Shown here in pieces: positions 50,781 to 64,000 of a DNA stretch of 64,000 bases (positions are counted from its first letter, which is position 1; each line of letters opens with the position of its first letter). Both the position numbers and the translations under genes were made by a program. This DNA comes from Gnetum montanum (lineage: Eukaryota; Plantae; Gnetophyta): the NCBI GenBank assembly GCA_015680685.1, contig MNCI01003473.1, positions 820,065 to 884,064 on the forward strand, written 5' to 3'. Under the pieces are notes generated by a model. The model made no database searches, was not told the DNA's origin, and was given only the letters and a program-made list of their open reading frames with translations.

Positions 50781-51514
50781 CTTGCACCATTTCTTCCAAA
50801 TTTTTTTAAGAATTGAAGAACCACGAATAGAAATGGACTAAGGAAAAAGAAGACACTGAAGAAAGTTATTACAAGACTAATTATTATCATTCTTAAATTT
50901 TCCTTGCATAAGTCTATTTCTTAAAAGAAGCATCCAAACATCATCTCTATTAATGCACTTTTCAATTCATTTTTCTATAATAGAAATACCTTAGTTATAA
51001 TATTTAATAAGACCAAATCCTTCATCTTTCTTGCTACTAGTATAAATATCCCAGGAAACTCTAGAAAAAATTTTCTATGTTACTTAGCAGATTAGAAAAA
51101 CCTATGAATAATATGATCAATTCTCTCATAATAAGTTTTAGAAGGAGCCCAACAACTGGAGTAATAAATATGAGTTAACTGAAGCATTCTCTTAATAACT
51201 AAACCTTTCTCAACAAGGGTGAGTTTTTTTCATTTTATTTATCAAGATTATTTATAGCTTTATCAATCATATAATTCCACAAAATAGTAAGATTAAATTT
51301 AAAAGAAAAAAATATTCCTAAGATTTTAAAAATAGAATCTTTTTTCAAGATTTTCCAAGGCTTGAGAGTAACCCACTCATTAATATTACCATTAAAATAC
51401 ATAGCATATTTTTCCCACTTGATCCAAGAGCCAGATAATATATAGAAGTCCTTCACTCTAGCTAAAAGAGTATTGATATGTTCTATACAATTGTTGATCA
51501 TAAAATATCATTTG
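50781..51514 (-). mobile_element. Older L1-type LINE, middle piece (RT C-terminus)
   Basis: ORF 51235-51501 (LSGSWIKWEK...FKILGIFF) and HIYYSSCWAPS match the young LINE at 55200-55580. Confidence 0.85.
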
Positions 51515-52000
51515 AAGTTATGTTATTCATACTAAGGCACCTTGGCGTCCTGTTTCTGCCGAGGGAAATGCTTTTTGACTATTCTGAAATCTGACGGGCT
51601 TTCTCCTGTGGATACACCATGTTTTACCTGGGAACTGCAGGAGTTTTTACGACCGTTGATGCTCCTTTCTTCAGGTGGGCGCCGCTGCGCTGCTGAGCCC
51701 TCCTGCGCTCTGCCTCCTGCGGTGCCGCCACCATCATTCACCCAGGGTATTGGATTGAAGACGCTGAACAGAAAATAACCGTTGGGTGCTCTTTTCGTCC
51801 GTTGGACGCCGCTGCGCTGTAGAGCCCTCCTGCTCCGCCTCCTGAGTTTTTCTTGGTCATTTTATTTCTTTTTGCTGTGCTGTCTGGGTCCTTGCTCGCG
51901 GTGGGTGGACACGCACACTGGTGGTGAGGGTTTTCTTGTAGTCTAGGTTGCAGAACGGTGTCAGGAATGCGTGTGCCCTAGGCGTGGGCCAGTCACAAAG

Positions 52001-53086
52001 ATGGATTCATCAACTTATGCATTTCCTCAGGGAAGTTCATCTACCTCACCTCAACTTGATTTTCTTTTACCGGATGATATTTTTGAAGCAGTTTCTAAAG
52101 ATTTCACATCTCATTTTCTGTTTTTTCAAATTGTGGGGTTTTTACCACGGTCCCCAAGTTTAAACAATCAAGTCCATAGCCTCCTTCAGCCCCATGGCAT
52201 TCAGGTTTCTCATGCTCGTTACTACGCTCGTCATTTCATTTTGGTAGAATTATCTGATGCTTCCTAGGTCGAAAAGGCTCTCTCTCAAAAAAATTTTCCA
52301 ACTAGAAATGCAACCCTAATCGCACGCACTTGGAGTTTTGACTTTAATGTCAATGACCCAGCTTTTAATATAATTCCTTGTTACGTAGAACTACCCAATC
52401 TTCCACTCATTTTCTCCTCTATTGAGAGGGACATTGTTAGCACCCTGGGCCTTATTATTTCTGATCATTGTACAGCGATCAATGGAACTCAAATTCACCA
52501 TTATTGTATTGAACTGGATATAGCCCTTCGGAAGACCTCATTAAACCTCGGTGCCGGTGGAAAAATATTTACCCAAAAAGTGGACTATTTTTACCTTCCA
52601 AACTCATGTAGCTATTGTCACAGGGCCGAGCATCATATCTTGGCGTGTCCTATCCTAGCCAGGAAAAAACAACCTGTAGCCTCTCAGAAGACTCGTTCCC
52701 TAGTCACACCACCAGTAGGCCCATCCTCAGTATCCTTTAAATTCGGATCTCCTCCCCCAACAACTCCTAAATCCTCCTCTCAGTCTAGCTGCTCTAAGCT
52801 ACAGAAACAACAGTTAGGTACTCACACCTCCACCTAGGTCATCCCTTCAAACGTTGTCAAGAACTCATTCTCAGAGGATGATTTCGTGGTGGCTAGAGGA
52901 AGGAAACGAGTCAAAGCTTCCCTTCATTCTACTTCTCCCTCCAACTCCTCTTTACTAGACACTTCCATGGCCCTTGTCCCCACCACCAACTCCTTTTCCC
53001 TCCTGTCAGGAACAAAGGAAACTGATACTTTGACTCCCAAACCTTTTGTTGCCCTCCCATCCAACCTACCCCCGATTTCCCTATGA
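52001..53086 (+). pseudogene. LINE ORF1 (gag-like, CCHC knuckle), two premature TAG stops
   Basis: ORF fragments 51971-52267, 52580-52837 and 52886-53086 share one frame; CSYCHRAEHHILAC fits CX2CX4HX4C. Confidence 0.85.
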
Positions 53087-56000
53087 ATCTCCTTTCTTGG
53101 AACGTTCGAGGCCTTACTGATAGGCTTCGATGGAAGCAAGCAGGAAACTTTATATCTAGTCTTAATTTGACTTTTGATTTCATTCTCCTTCAAGAAATTA
53201 AGATTTCAGCCAACCTTTTATCCTATTCCACCCATTGGTTTCTTCCTCACTCCTCACTCCTAGCGACATCCCATGCAAGTTGGAAAGGAGGAGCGACCAT
53301 TCTCCTCTCACCCTATTGGAAAACTAAAATCCTTCAAAGCGGTTCCGATTCTGGGCATAGAGTTTCCTGGGCCACCTTCTCATCCCAGCATTTCCCTTTT
53401 GGCATTTGCTTGATATATGCCCCAAATGACTCCACAGAACGGGCTCTCCTTTGGCATGAACTTGCAACTTCTCTCCCCCCAATGCCTTGGATATTCGGAG
53501 GAGATTTTAATATGGTAGAATTCCCTCAAGATAAGCTTGGAGGGGCATTTCTTCAATTGCCCAATCTCAAGTATCAGGCCTGGTTTGTTTTAAGAAAAGA
53601 TTTTACCTCTCCGACGGGGCAGAAAACTCCACGTGTGTTCCCCCCCATAGATTTACTTGAAGCAATCTCCATCTAGGGCAAGCTCGCATCTACAGCAGGT
53701 TAGATAGGTTCTATTTCTCCACCCTCTCCTTTTGGCAATCTTTCTCTGCCACTACAGTTCATCATCATGCCACCTTATTCGACCACCTTCCTATCTCCAT
53801 ATCTATCAAGATTCATGGTAGCCCTGACCGACAAAAATTTCATCTTTTCAGACTACACAACAACTATTTTTCTTTCCCCACTGCCCAACTTCTTCTCTCC
53901 AACCTTTGGAATGCCGAACCTAGGCCCCTAAATCAGACGGGTTGGATTAATTGGTATCATCGTGCTTCATGTCGAGTGTGAAACTTCACTCGTTCATATG
54001 GTAAGACTGTGGCTACTCAAGCCAAACATGAATACAAAAAAATTCACCTCACTATTGAACATCTCACTAACAAACTAGCTCAAGATCCCTTCAATACTCT
54101 AGTTCACGAGGAGCTAGCTAGAGCACGCGTTGCCTTCCAACATTGGGAAGTGTACCGAGCACAAAGTGCCTTAACTAAAAGTCAGCTCACTTGGTTAAAT
54201 ATTCAAGATGAACACTGTACGGAATTTTTTAAATATCTTAATGCTGCTTCCTCTTTGCATGCTATTGACAAAATCTCATGTGAGGGTACCACCATTACTG
54301 ACCACAATATTATCCTCTTTTTTCTTAAGAACCACTACGAAACCCTTTTTGCTGCTACCCCAATGGACATCTCTTCATTCAAGGCTGCCACCCTTGATTA
54401 TCCTCGCCTTATTAATCCTACTATGCTACAAAGCCTTGATGCTGATATCACTCTAGCGGAGCTACAGGAGGCTTGTTCCAAGTTAATTCGAGGAAAGGCT
54501 CCTGGTTATGATGGGTTTCCAGTAGAATTTTTTCAAAATCATTGGGATTTGGTTGGCAAGGATCTTTTGCAGGTCATTAATGAGGCTCTCTTAACTAGTT
54601 CCCTTGGGCCCAATCTAAATCAAGGGGTAATTTGTCTCCTCCCCAAGTCTGGGGATCTAACTAATATCTCTAATTGGCGTCCCATAACTCTTCTCAATGT
54701 AGTGTATAAAATTTGGGCGAAGTGCCTTGACTTACGACTGAAAAAAATTCTCTGTCAGATCATATCCCCTCAGCAAATAGGATTTGTTCCTGGTAGATAT
54801 ATTTTAGACAATGTGGTCGCGGTGTGGGAAGGTCTCAAGTGGGCTGAGGATGATGGACAAGATATTCTCCTAGTGAAACTAGATTATGCCAAGGCTTATG
54901 ACAACATTAAGTGGGATTTTATCTTGCATACTATGACCAAACTGGGTTTTGGACCCAAGTTCTTGCATATGGTGAAATGCTTATTCTCAGATGCTACTGC
55001 AAGAATTGCCACTACCTTCGGCATTACCTCTCCCTTTCCAATTCATAGGTCTGTGCGCCAAGGTTGTCCTCTCGCCCCCTATCTCTTTATTATTGCATCA
55101 GACTTTCCTTGTCATCAAATTAACCTGGACATTAAAACTAAAGTTCTCACTGGGATTAGCCTTTCCTCCTCTCAACAATAGCTTCTCAATATGCACTTTT
55201 CCAGTGACTCCTCTTTTCTAGTTCAAAACACAGCCACCAATTTGCACCGCCTCTTATCAAGGGCGGAGTAATATTGCACACTCTTAGGTTCCATAATTAA
55301 CTGGAATAAATCCTCTGTTTATAGCTTTAAGGGCAATTACAAACATGTGACCAACTATAATTGGAAGCAGCTTCAAGATCAAGACATCGTTAAGATTCTG
55401 GGAATCCCTTTCCGCTTTAGAGGCTCAACATCTATCCTTTGGGAGCAAGTTATTCATCGAATTCAAAAGAAACTCGACAAATGGAAAACTAAACCCCTCA
55501 CACTTGTGGGTAAATACCTTGTTTGTAAGTCCATATGCGCGTCCACCCATGTGTATTACTCTTCGTGTTGGGCCCCCTCCCAAGCTGCCTACCAGAAGCT
55601 AGAACGGTTATTCCGTGACTTTATGTGGTCCTCCAAGGACTCTCAAAAAGGCTTTCATCGTGTCGCTTGGACTATTGTTACTCTCCCCAAGAATAAGGGT
55701 GGCTTAGGCCTTTTGAACTCCTATAAGCAAGGAATTACCCTGGTTGCTAAGTGGTTGGTACAACATTTAGATGCCTCAAATATTATAGGGACCCTCCTCC
55801 AATTAAGGCTTCATCAAGCATTTCCTAAAAATAAGCCCTTCTGGAAAGACATCCATTTCGTTAATTGGATTCTTTCCCCCCTCACTATCATTCTTCCTGG
55901 ATCTCATGTTTTCAAAAGCATTTGGAGGGCCTGTTAAATTGTACACACTCACATAGACTAGACTAACGTTAAAATCAACCCTACTATCCTCTCTAAAGTG

Positions 56001-56990
56001 TGTCCATAGTGGTTACCTCTGTCACCCGCTCCCCTTGCTATCACAAATGCTAAGGTGGATACCTCGTGTTATCGAAAAGATGTCATTTCCTTGAATTGTC
56101 TTAGGCTGGCTAGTCGTTGGATTTTAGGGGTCGAGTTTAACACTTTGTATGGGGAGTCGGCTGCAATGAAACATTTCCTAGTTCAGATTTACTCTTTCCT
56201 CCATGGTCACTGGCACCTGGATGTTACAGTGCAAATCCTTTTTCATGGCCTTCAATGGCTTAATGGGATTAAACTCTTGCCCTATCGGCCATCTGTTCCC
56301 TTTCATCTCATGCACGACCCATCTGAAGTCATTCAACGTTGCAATAAATATTGGTACAAACAAGAGTAAAAAACATTTTGGATCCCTCTCTTCCAACTTA
56401 TTTGGAAACTTCCGACCCTCCCCAAAATTAAGTAGTTCCTTTGGTGTCTTCTCCACCATGGTCTTCCTATCGGAAAACGTCTAGAATATCTTGGGATTCC
56501 TAATCCCACTTGCCCTCTATGTGGTGGACAAGATGACTTTGTCCATGTGTTTTGGCAATGTCCCTTTGCTCAACATGTGTGGCAGTGGACTTCTAAAGCT
56601 TTTCCATCCTACAAGCTATCTTAAGAGGATGCCATATTCGGATTCTTGAACATTACTTCTACTAATCTTAATTTTCTGTGGAAAGTTATTAGGCCTACTA
56701 TTTTATATTATATTTGGAAGCGAAGATGCAATGTTCTATTTCAAAAGACAGAATATTCTAACAAATGTTTGCTTACCAGGTTGGAGATGTTGTAGATCTT
56801 TCACCTCACCTATTTTCAACTCACATCTCAAGCATCCAAGTTCAATCTGGACAGTCATCAATTGGTTCATCTCCTGCAGCTATGGGAAAGACCTATGTGT
56901 TTCAATTACACTTAGCATCAGTAATCTCTGCAAGGAAGTTTTCCCTTTTATTATGTGGATTCACCATTGGCATTCCCTCTATCCTTAATT
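53083..56990 (+). pseudogene. LINE ORF2: AP endonuclease, reverse transcriptase and zf-RVT; disrupted
   Basis: MNLLSWNVRGL, LLQEIK, IYAPN, WIFGGDFN, SRLDRFY, SDH; KAPGYDG, NWRPITLLNVVYKI, KLDYAKAYD, VRQGCPLAPYLF; PKNKGGLG; CPLCGGQDDFVHVFWQCP. A few stops and frameshifts; the catalytic motif reads HFSSD. Confidence 0.93.
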
Positions 56991-57264
56991 GAGAGCTCTT
57001 TGCCTCATCTAATTCTATGTCATTCTATTTTGTAAAAAGCTAGTCTGTGCGAACATTTGGTTGTGCCCCAACTTGGGGTACCTCCTCTAATACTTGTTTA
57101 TTTCTAAGGTGTTTCCTGAGTTTCATTCACGATGCTCTCAGTTTTCCCCTTCCCTTAACCCTATGNNNNNNNNNNNNNNNNNNNNNNNNNNNNNNNNNNN
57201 NNNNNNNNNNNNNNNNNNNNNNNNNNNNNNNNNNNNNNNNNNNNNNNNCATAAAATATCATTTG

Positions 57265-60200
57265 TAAAGTGCATGTTAAGAAATTACATACCTTGATTAT
57301 CAATTAAAATTTTCTTGATAAAATTCCTTTTTATTTCACAATGTAGATTATATAAAAGAAAATTTGTAGCAATAATAAAAATATAGGAAGCTAGAGAATA
57401 ATCTTGACAAATTAACTCTTGAAGAAAAAAGGAGAAACTTAATCCAAAATTAGTAGCAACTTGAACATTAGTATCAGTGAGTAGGATATGGACAAGTTAA
57501 ATAAAATAATCACTAAATCCTTGTTTATAAAGATAAAAAATAATAAAATTATCTTTAATCCTATCATATGCTTTAAAATAATCTAACTTAATAAAAGCAA
57601 TACCTTAGTTAGTATCAGAAGCATACTACATTCCTCTAAGCTGCAATAACATTATTTAAGATATCTCTATGATTAACAAAACTAGTTTGCTCAAGTCTGA
57701 TGATATCTTTAATAACCTTCTAAATTTGACAAGCCATGCATTTAGCTAAGATTTTATAAGTATTGTTAACAAGAGTAATAGATCTCTAATTACTAATATG
57801 TTGAAGATCTCCATTCTTAGGAAGAATAAGAATCATACCTTTATTAATATTTTTACCAAGAGAAATTTTTTTAATGGATTCTTGGAAAACATGAAAGAGA
57901 TTATCTTCAATGATGTCCCAATGCTTCTTTAAAAAATTAATAAAAAAACTATCAAAACCTAGAGCTTCACCATTTACTAAACTAAATGCTACTACTTTAT
58001 TTCTTTCATTGTAATTTCTACTTCAAGAATACTTCAATGTGCTTCTATGATAAGATGAGAAATATGCATTCTAGAGGCAAAAGGAATTCCTTACTAAAAA
58101 CTTCAAAAGAAAAAATAGAAGAAAAAAAATTTATTAAAAATTATTAATAGTCTTAGGATATTTAATGATGAGATTATTTATATAAAGTGATTCTATTTTA
58201 GGTACTTGATTCTTTCCTTTTAGTAATTTTAAAAATTCCTTGTAAGGTTGATCTTCAATTTTTAGCCAACCCATGTGACTTTTAGTCAAAGTACTTTAAG
58301 CTTCAAAAGTATCCTAATATAGTTTAGTGTAGAGTTTTAGCTAACACTCTTTGAGTTTTAAAATGAAAGGGATTCTAATCTAAAAAAAATTTCATTTTCT
58401 TTATAGATTCTATAAAATCTTCTTCAATGTGATTCTTACACTTAGCAAATTGCTTTTCAAATCATTCAGCATAATTTGTGACTCTACAAGTCATTCATGA
58501 TCACTAATCAATCTAACTAATATCACTAATAGGTTTTTTTTCTACATTTCATAAAGACTTTAAAATATTTTTCCCATTGCATCCTATGAACATATTGGCA
58601 TTCATATGAAAAAGCTCATGTTTTTGAAAGGATGAAGAATTAATATTGAAGGGAAAAATGATAATAGAAAAATGATTTGAGAAAGTAGCATTTGTATGTA
58701 CTTTGACTTTCCTTGTAGGCTTTCAAAAGTAAACATTAGAGATGTAAAATCTATTAAGTCGATAAGAAATTCTATCATTTCCTTGTTGATAAATATACTA
58801 AGTATAATTCTTCTCATTTAAATATGATGGAAATAAAGAGTTAACATTTGAAAAAAATATTTTAAAAAAAATTGCATTAATCTTCTTTTTGCTGAGAAGA
58901 CATAATAGGAGGAAGATCACCAAATTTATCTTAATGACTTTCAACCATATTGAAATCACCTCCAATAATCCAAGAAACTTTAGGTAGAGATAGAAGATAC
59001 ATCCAAACCTCTAATTGATCTTTCAAATTATTAAGAGCATAAACATTACAGAGTCCAAGTCATATTTTTCACTATTACAAATAATCCAAATAATAGTTCC
59101 AAGGTTATCAAAACCAGAATTCAAAACTTTTTTGGTCTAATTTTTATGAACAAGAATAATAACACCTCCTGTATTAACTTCATGAGTAGAAAAAAAAATA
59201 CAATTTTTTGAAATACATTCACCAACAAAACTAATTTCATAAGATAAAATCTTAATTTTTTTACAAGGAAAGAAAGTCTAGAGATAAATGCTAGTTTGAA
59301 AGATACTCCCTAGCAATCTTTGCTTAAGACCTATAAGAAAGGCCTTAAACATTCTATAATAAAACTAACATTGAACTGTGGAAAAGAAGACCCTCATCCT
59401 TGATTTTTCAAGCTCAACATTTATCTCACAATCCATGTCACTAATAAGTGAAAAACATTATTTGATAAAAGATACTTGAAATAGTAGTAAAAGTAAAAAG
59501 AGAATGAGATACCTTTGGGATTTTTTAAATTGAAAGTAATATTTGAAGATCTCTTCTTTATATGTGAAAATGAGTGAAATCCATCTGCATTAATATTTTC
59601 ATTTCTTATCCTTATTGAATATTTCATTTTTTAGAAGAGAAATTATTTTTAGATATCAAAAATGTTTTAGCATCTTTAGAATTAAAACGATTAGTAAAAG
59701 GTTGAGAACTTAAAGAAAATTTTATTTGTGCTTGCTAAAAACTACCATTATTCATCTTTTCTTAAAATTATTATTTCTTTTCCTCATGAACAACTTTTTT
59801 ATTGAGAGTACAATAAATTTCAATAACATGGCCTTCATAGTGACAATAGCTATAACATTATCACAAATTATGATATGTAATTTTTTGTGAAAAACTTTAA
59901 TTATTGATATTAAGTTTTAATTTTTTCTTCTACTATCATAAATCAATCTTTAGAAAATAGAATATTTGTTGCATATCATCTAGTAATGTTTTTGAATCTA
60001 TCTTAGGATTATGCCAATATTGACAACAATTTTACTTTCAACACTTTGAAAAATAAGTGGAAGATTTTCTAACTCTTTCCAAGAAAAAATTTTAGAATAA
60101 TTAGAAAAATATGAATCAAAATCCACTTTCCATTCTTGAGCAATAAAATTGTTATGCTAATTCATAAAAACTTTAAGATCTAATTATTTCTCAATCATTT

Positions 60201-60470
60201 TAGAATTGGCCAATTCAACAAGTCAAAAAGATTTCAAAAAATAGTGGCCATGCAAAAAATTAATTCCATAGTGTTCAAGAATTACCTAAATCAATAGTGT
60301 AAAATCTTTATTTAGTTAAACAAATAAAATAATCTTTAGAAATATGTATTATGAAGTGATATATTTTGATAGGGATTCATATAAATCAATAGGTAAAACC
60401 AAATCGTAAGCTTCAGAATTCTTCCAAAGTCTCTATAGTTAAAAAGACATTAGTATTCTTCATTTTCAAA
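57265..60470 (-). mobile_element. Older L1-type LINE, 5' part (ORF1, endonuclease, most of RT)
   Basis: Minus strand: MLVLL*NV*GL (~59372), SWIIGGDFNMVE (~58975), RT remnants down to FLNMHFTND at 57285-57258; collinear with the plus-strand LINE. 5' end approximate. Confidence 0.85.
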
Positions 60471-60750
60471 TTGTTCCCTATCAAAGAAAAATTTCTACTA
60501 GCCAAAAACCCTTGAGATTGAAAAATTACTAATAAAATTTATCACTGTGATATCACACAATCTCCTCACATTGCTCATTATATCACTTCTTTCAAGAAAG
60601 TAAGAGTGTCGAAAAACATGCTTTATTGGTGGATTGAAAGTCATTTCTCTTTTGGAAAGAAGGCTGAAAAGAGTATGAAGATTGTTGGGATGGGGTGTTG
60701 GAACCTTGAAATAATTGTAATATAGTTTAATTATAAATTTTATAATTTAG

Positions 60751-60822
60751 CATTCCCCACCAAAATTAAACCCATGACTTAGAGTTTTCAAATCAAGAGT
60801 CTTACCACTAGGCTAACATCTC
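60751..60822 (-). mobile_element. tRNA-derived SINE head or tRNA pseudogene
   Basis: The minus strand reads GAGATGTTAGCCTAGTGGTAAGAC...AAGTCATGGGTTTAATT: a Pol III A-box and a decayed B-box at tRNA spacing. The acceptor stem does not pair. Confidence 0.5.
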
Positions 60823-63800
60823 ATTGTTGAGTATAGAGATCATTATGGATTCCATACCATCTTAACCATCACTAAAGAACTTCATAACCTTGATTCCTTA
60901 TGTGCTATATTATGAGGATATGAAGGCTTGTGAATGAGCTTTAGCTCTAATGTTGGGGCCACTACCCTTATCTATGAAACGAGACTTAGGACTAGATGCA
61001 TTAAAGTAGAAATGTATCTTAGCTCTCTTAAGAAAACAATGTCTCTAAATGTATAATAGTGTTCTTGAGTATGTTATGTGTGTTGCATTGGCTTGTTACT
61101 TATATGATTATAAATATGTCCTTGTGATGTTCCTAACCATGGACTAACATGCGGTATGTGAGTTGTGTACTTATGGTATACTCGTAGGTTCATAAGGACA
61201 TCAAGGTGTAGCCCACCTTGAGTTTGGTTTAGACTATAATGCTACTTTGGGACTCTTGGGTGGTACTGAGTAGTGCTTCCCCAAAGTAATGCCATTACAA
61301 TATGGGTAAGGCTCAATCCTTTTTCTATTCTATAAAGGAGATTTGTCAAGATTAATTGTAAGCATGAAAACCAATATTAACAGCCCCAAAATTATTAAAC
61401 CTTTTCTTTCTCTCTCATTCCTCTTATTAGTTCTTTGAAGCTATGAGAATGATGGTGAAATAATGCACTTTGTGTTTGCTTCTTTTGGTCATGAGCCACA
61501 ATCTCTTCAATGTAAATATATTATTGTTGTCTTTTAATAAAATGTTTTAGTATTGAAGGATCTATCATAACAACCCCCATCCCATATTACTATCATCTCT
61601 CTCTTCCTTCCCCACCAAAAAAGAAATTATAGATAAATTAAAAAGTGCATTTTTCTATTATATGACAATAATATGAGTGGGGAAGAATGTTTTAATGCTA
61701 TTGAGAAAACTTGGCATTCATATAGAGATGTAAAGTTTGAAGACATAGTTGGTTTGGAACATTTCTAGTATAAAAAAGATTATGAAACAAGACAAAAATA
61801 AGATCCTCCATACAATCAAAGATCTTGGGTAAATAGGGATCATTCCAAAGAGTTTACCCTTGATGCCAATTTTGAAAGAAGACTAATTAAATCTCAATGT
61901 ACTACCTGGGTTGCCTATATCAACATTGTTAAGTGAGCCCCAAAAGGTTGTTGAATAATTAAAATTAAAGATTTGGAAAGAAGCTATGAAGAAGGAATAG
62001 AAAACCATTATTAGAATTCAAAGTACATTAGATCATCAACATAGAAGAGAAAATATAAAGAAAAATCCCAATAGTTTTGGGAATATCTTTTCAAGTTTTC
62101 ATCATTAAAAGTAATCTTGAAAAACCTTACCTTTGGCTAGGTAGGATAAGGATGAGGCATTTTCTTCATCCATGAGTCCTCGCTTCTAACTAAAGGTTTT
62201 CTTGTAAAGTGGAAAAGAATATTCTCTCCAAAAAAATAAATGTATCAATTAGAAGTTATAAAAATTAAGCAAAAGCTAATATCTTTACCAACTTCAGTCT
62301 ACAAAACAAAAAGGAGTTAATAGTCTAAGGAATAAATTAATTATTAATATTAGTTTAAGTTTTAATAACATATATTCTAATAATTTGTAGATTACAAAAG
62401 GACCATCAACCAAAACCTCAATGCTCATTTCACCAAGTGGGCTAATCTCTTTGAGTGACTGCACCTAGGCTTAAAATCATGTCTTCTAACTTTAGAAATA
62501 AGCATCTCACCATCACTTTGATGGTCCCTTCTAATAATATATAGATTATTTAATACAAAAGAGAAAATTAAGGAAAACAAAGTAGTAAGGTAATGTTGGA
62601 ATCCACTAAAGCTATTTTCTTAACATTATTAAAATTAATTAATTAATTATACCATCTATTTAAAGTATGATAGAAGTGTAAAGATATATTACAAGTAGTA
62701 TAAAAGAATATAATGATTTTTGAGGTGAACTAGCACTCTTTTGCTTAATAATACAATGAAGTAATCACTTGACCCAACTATCATATGCAAGAAAGGTAGA
62801 AAATTAACAAAGACATGCTACTTTGTATTGCATCATTTTATAAAATACCTTGATAAAATAGTAAAGTCATGAGCTTGATTCTAGTGGGAAATGTTGAGTT
62901 ATATCTCTTGTAGTATGCCTATATTAGTATTATTTTGAGTTCCAACACCCTATAAAATACCTTGATAAAATAGTAAAGTTCCTTAAAAATTTCTACTAAA
63001 TAATGAGTTACAAGATCGACCAAAAATTGTACCTTAATTAGTTTGTGCCTTACTTTCCTAAAAAAATAAAAAGTAAAAAGGTTGCAAATTTAGCTTTATC
63101 TTTTTGGCCAAAAGGCCAATTACCAACCCCATCCAAGAAAGCCCTCCTTGGTCATGATAAAATAATTTTATCATTATAATGATAAGGATGAGCTTACTTT
63201 ATCATGGTCTTTCATAGGAGTTATTATTTTGATTAAGAGATTTGCCAACTAATTTGTTACCTAGACTTTATCCCTATAAATAAATAATTTTTATCATAAA
63301 GTTGGATGAAGAGATGAACTTTTTCATTAGAATTATAAATTGATTTTTATTTTTATTTTCAATGTGAAAATCAATTCTTGGTGAATCAATTTGAGATTTT
63401 ATTAATTTGAAAAACATAAAATATTCTCTAAGTAAAATAATAGATATATATTATAGAAACTAGAAATTGGAAATTTTTATTATGTGTAGGAAATCATAAT
63501 AGATTTGTTAAATAGTTACAAACCCTCAACATATGTTTGAAGAAAGTTGAAAACATCATTAATGTAATGCCCACAAGAGAATAGGGCCAATTTGAAAGAA
63601 AACAATTAGCAAATTATAATTAATAGTATAATTCACTCAAATGTGAGCTAAAGATGAATAAAATAAAAAATATGATCTTCATCTTCTATGTTTTATTTGC
63701 ACAGTATAAAAATACATGCTTCTCTTGGTAAATTTATGTAATGATGTATCTCAATTAGGAGATGATGAGAGCTCATCATTGCTCTAATAGTTTAATTGTT

Positions 63801-64000
63801 TAAATGGCTAAGAATAGATACCTTTGAGTACTAGATAATAAACCTTCTTGAACAAAAAGTAAATAAAAATGTTTTTCCATATTCAACCAAACTTTAGCCA
63901 AGATTGTTTCTATTATAGTCTTTCGAACGAGCCTTTTTTTTAAAGGAAGATCCTCTATTACAATATTTCATGACTAAAGTTGTAATTTTCCTTGATGCAA

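Larger units (their letters stand above)
51515..57248 (+). mobile_element. Near full-length L1-type LINE (5' UTR, ORF1, ORF2); 3' end lies in an N gap; TSD of at least 16 bp
   Basis: CATAAAATATCATTTG at 51499-51514 and 57249-57264; CpG-rich 5' UTR; ORF1 and ORF2 are listed separately. Confidence 0.93.

Noticed and set aside
60830-64000. AT-rich tail with a 29-bp direct repeat (~62839 and ~62951) and a possible continuation of the pol-less Athila element
   Set aside because: No LTR match, ORF or diagnostic motif was found; left unannotated.

Overview
Repeat-dense eukaryotic land-plant genomic DNA. It is AT-rich and CpG/CHG-depleted, with several N gaps. The LINE types suggest a non-angiosperm such as a fern or lycophyte, but the species cannot be determined from the sequence. 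There is one intact host gene: a two-exon, 503-aa UGT86-like UDP-glycosyltransferase on the minus strand (join 22185-21678, 20885-19882), in a CpG-retaining island of about 5 kb. Almost everything else is decayed or nested retroelements: a Tekay-like solo LTR (6659-8593), an Athila-family LTR on the minus strand (~10.1-11.1 kb), a degenerate full-length Copia (12289-17613), an RTE-X/CR1-like LINE remnant (~18.0-19.5 kb), a gag-only Tat/Ogre-like element whose LTRs carry arrays of 44-bp hairpin repeats (~26.4-32.4 kb), a pol-less Athila-like element with an extra ORF (32757-~40010), and a full-length Athila-like element with TSD CTAAG (41003-50775). A near-intact L1-type LINE (51515-~57248) sits in the RT catalytic motif of an older, opposite-strand relative. 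The most interesting signal is the pair of Athila-like elements with complementary gene content, where the extra ORF has its own internal copy of the LTR CGATATCG-palindrome promoter module. All family assignments come from motif recognition by eye; no searches were run.
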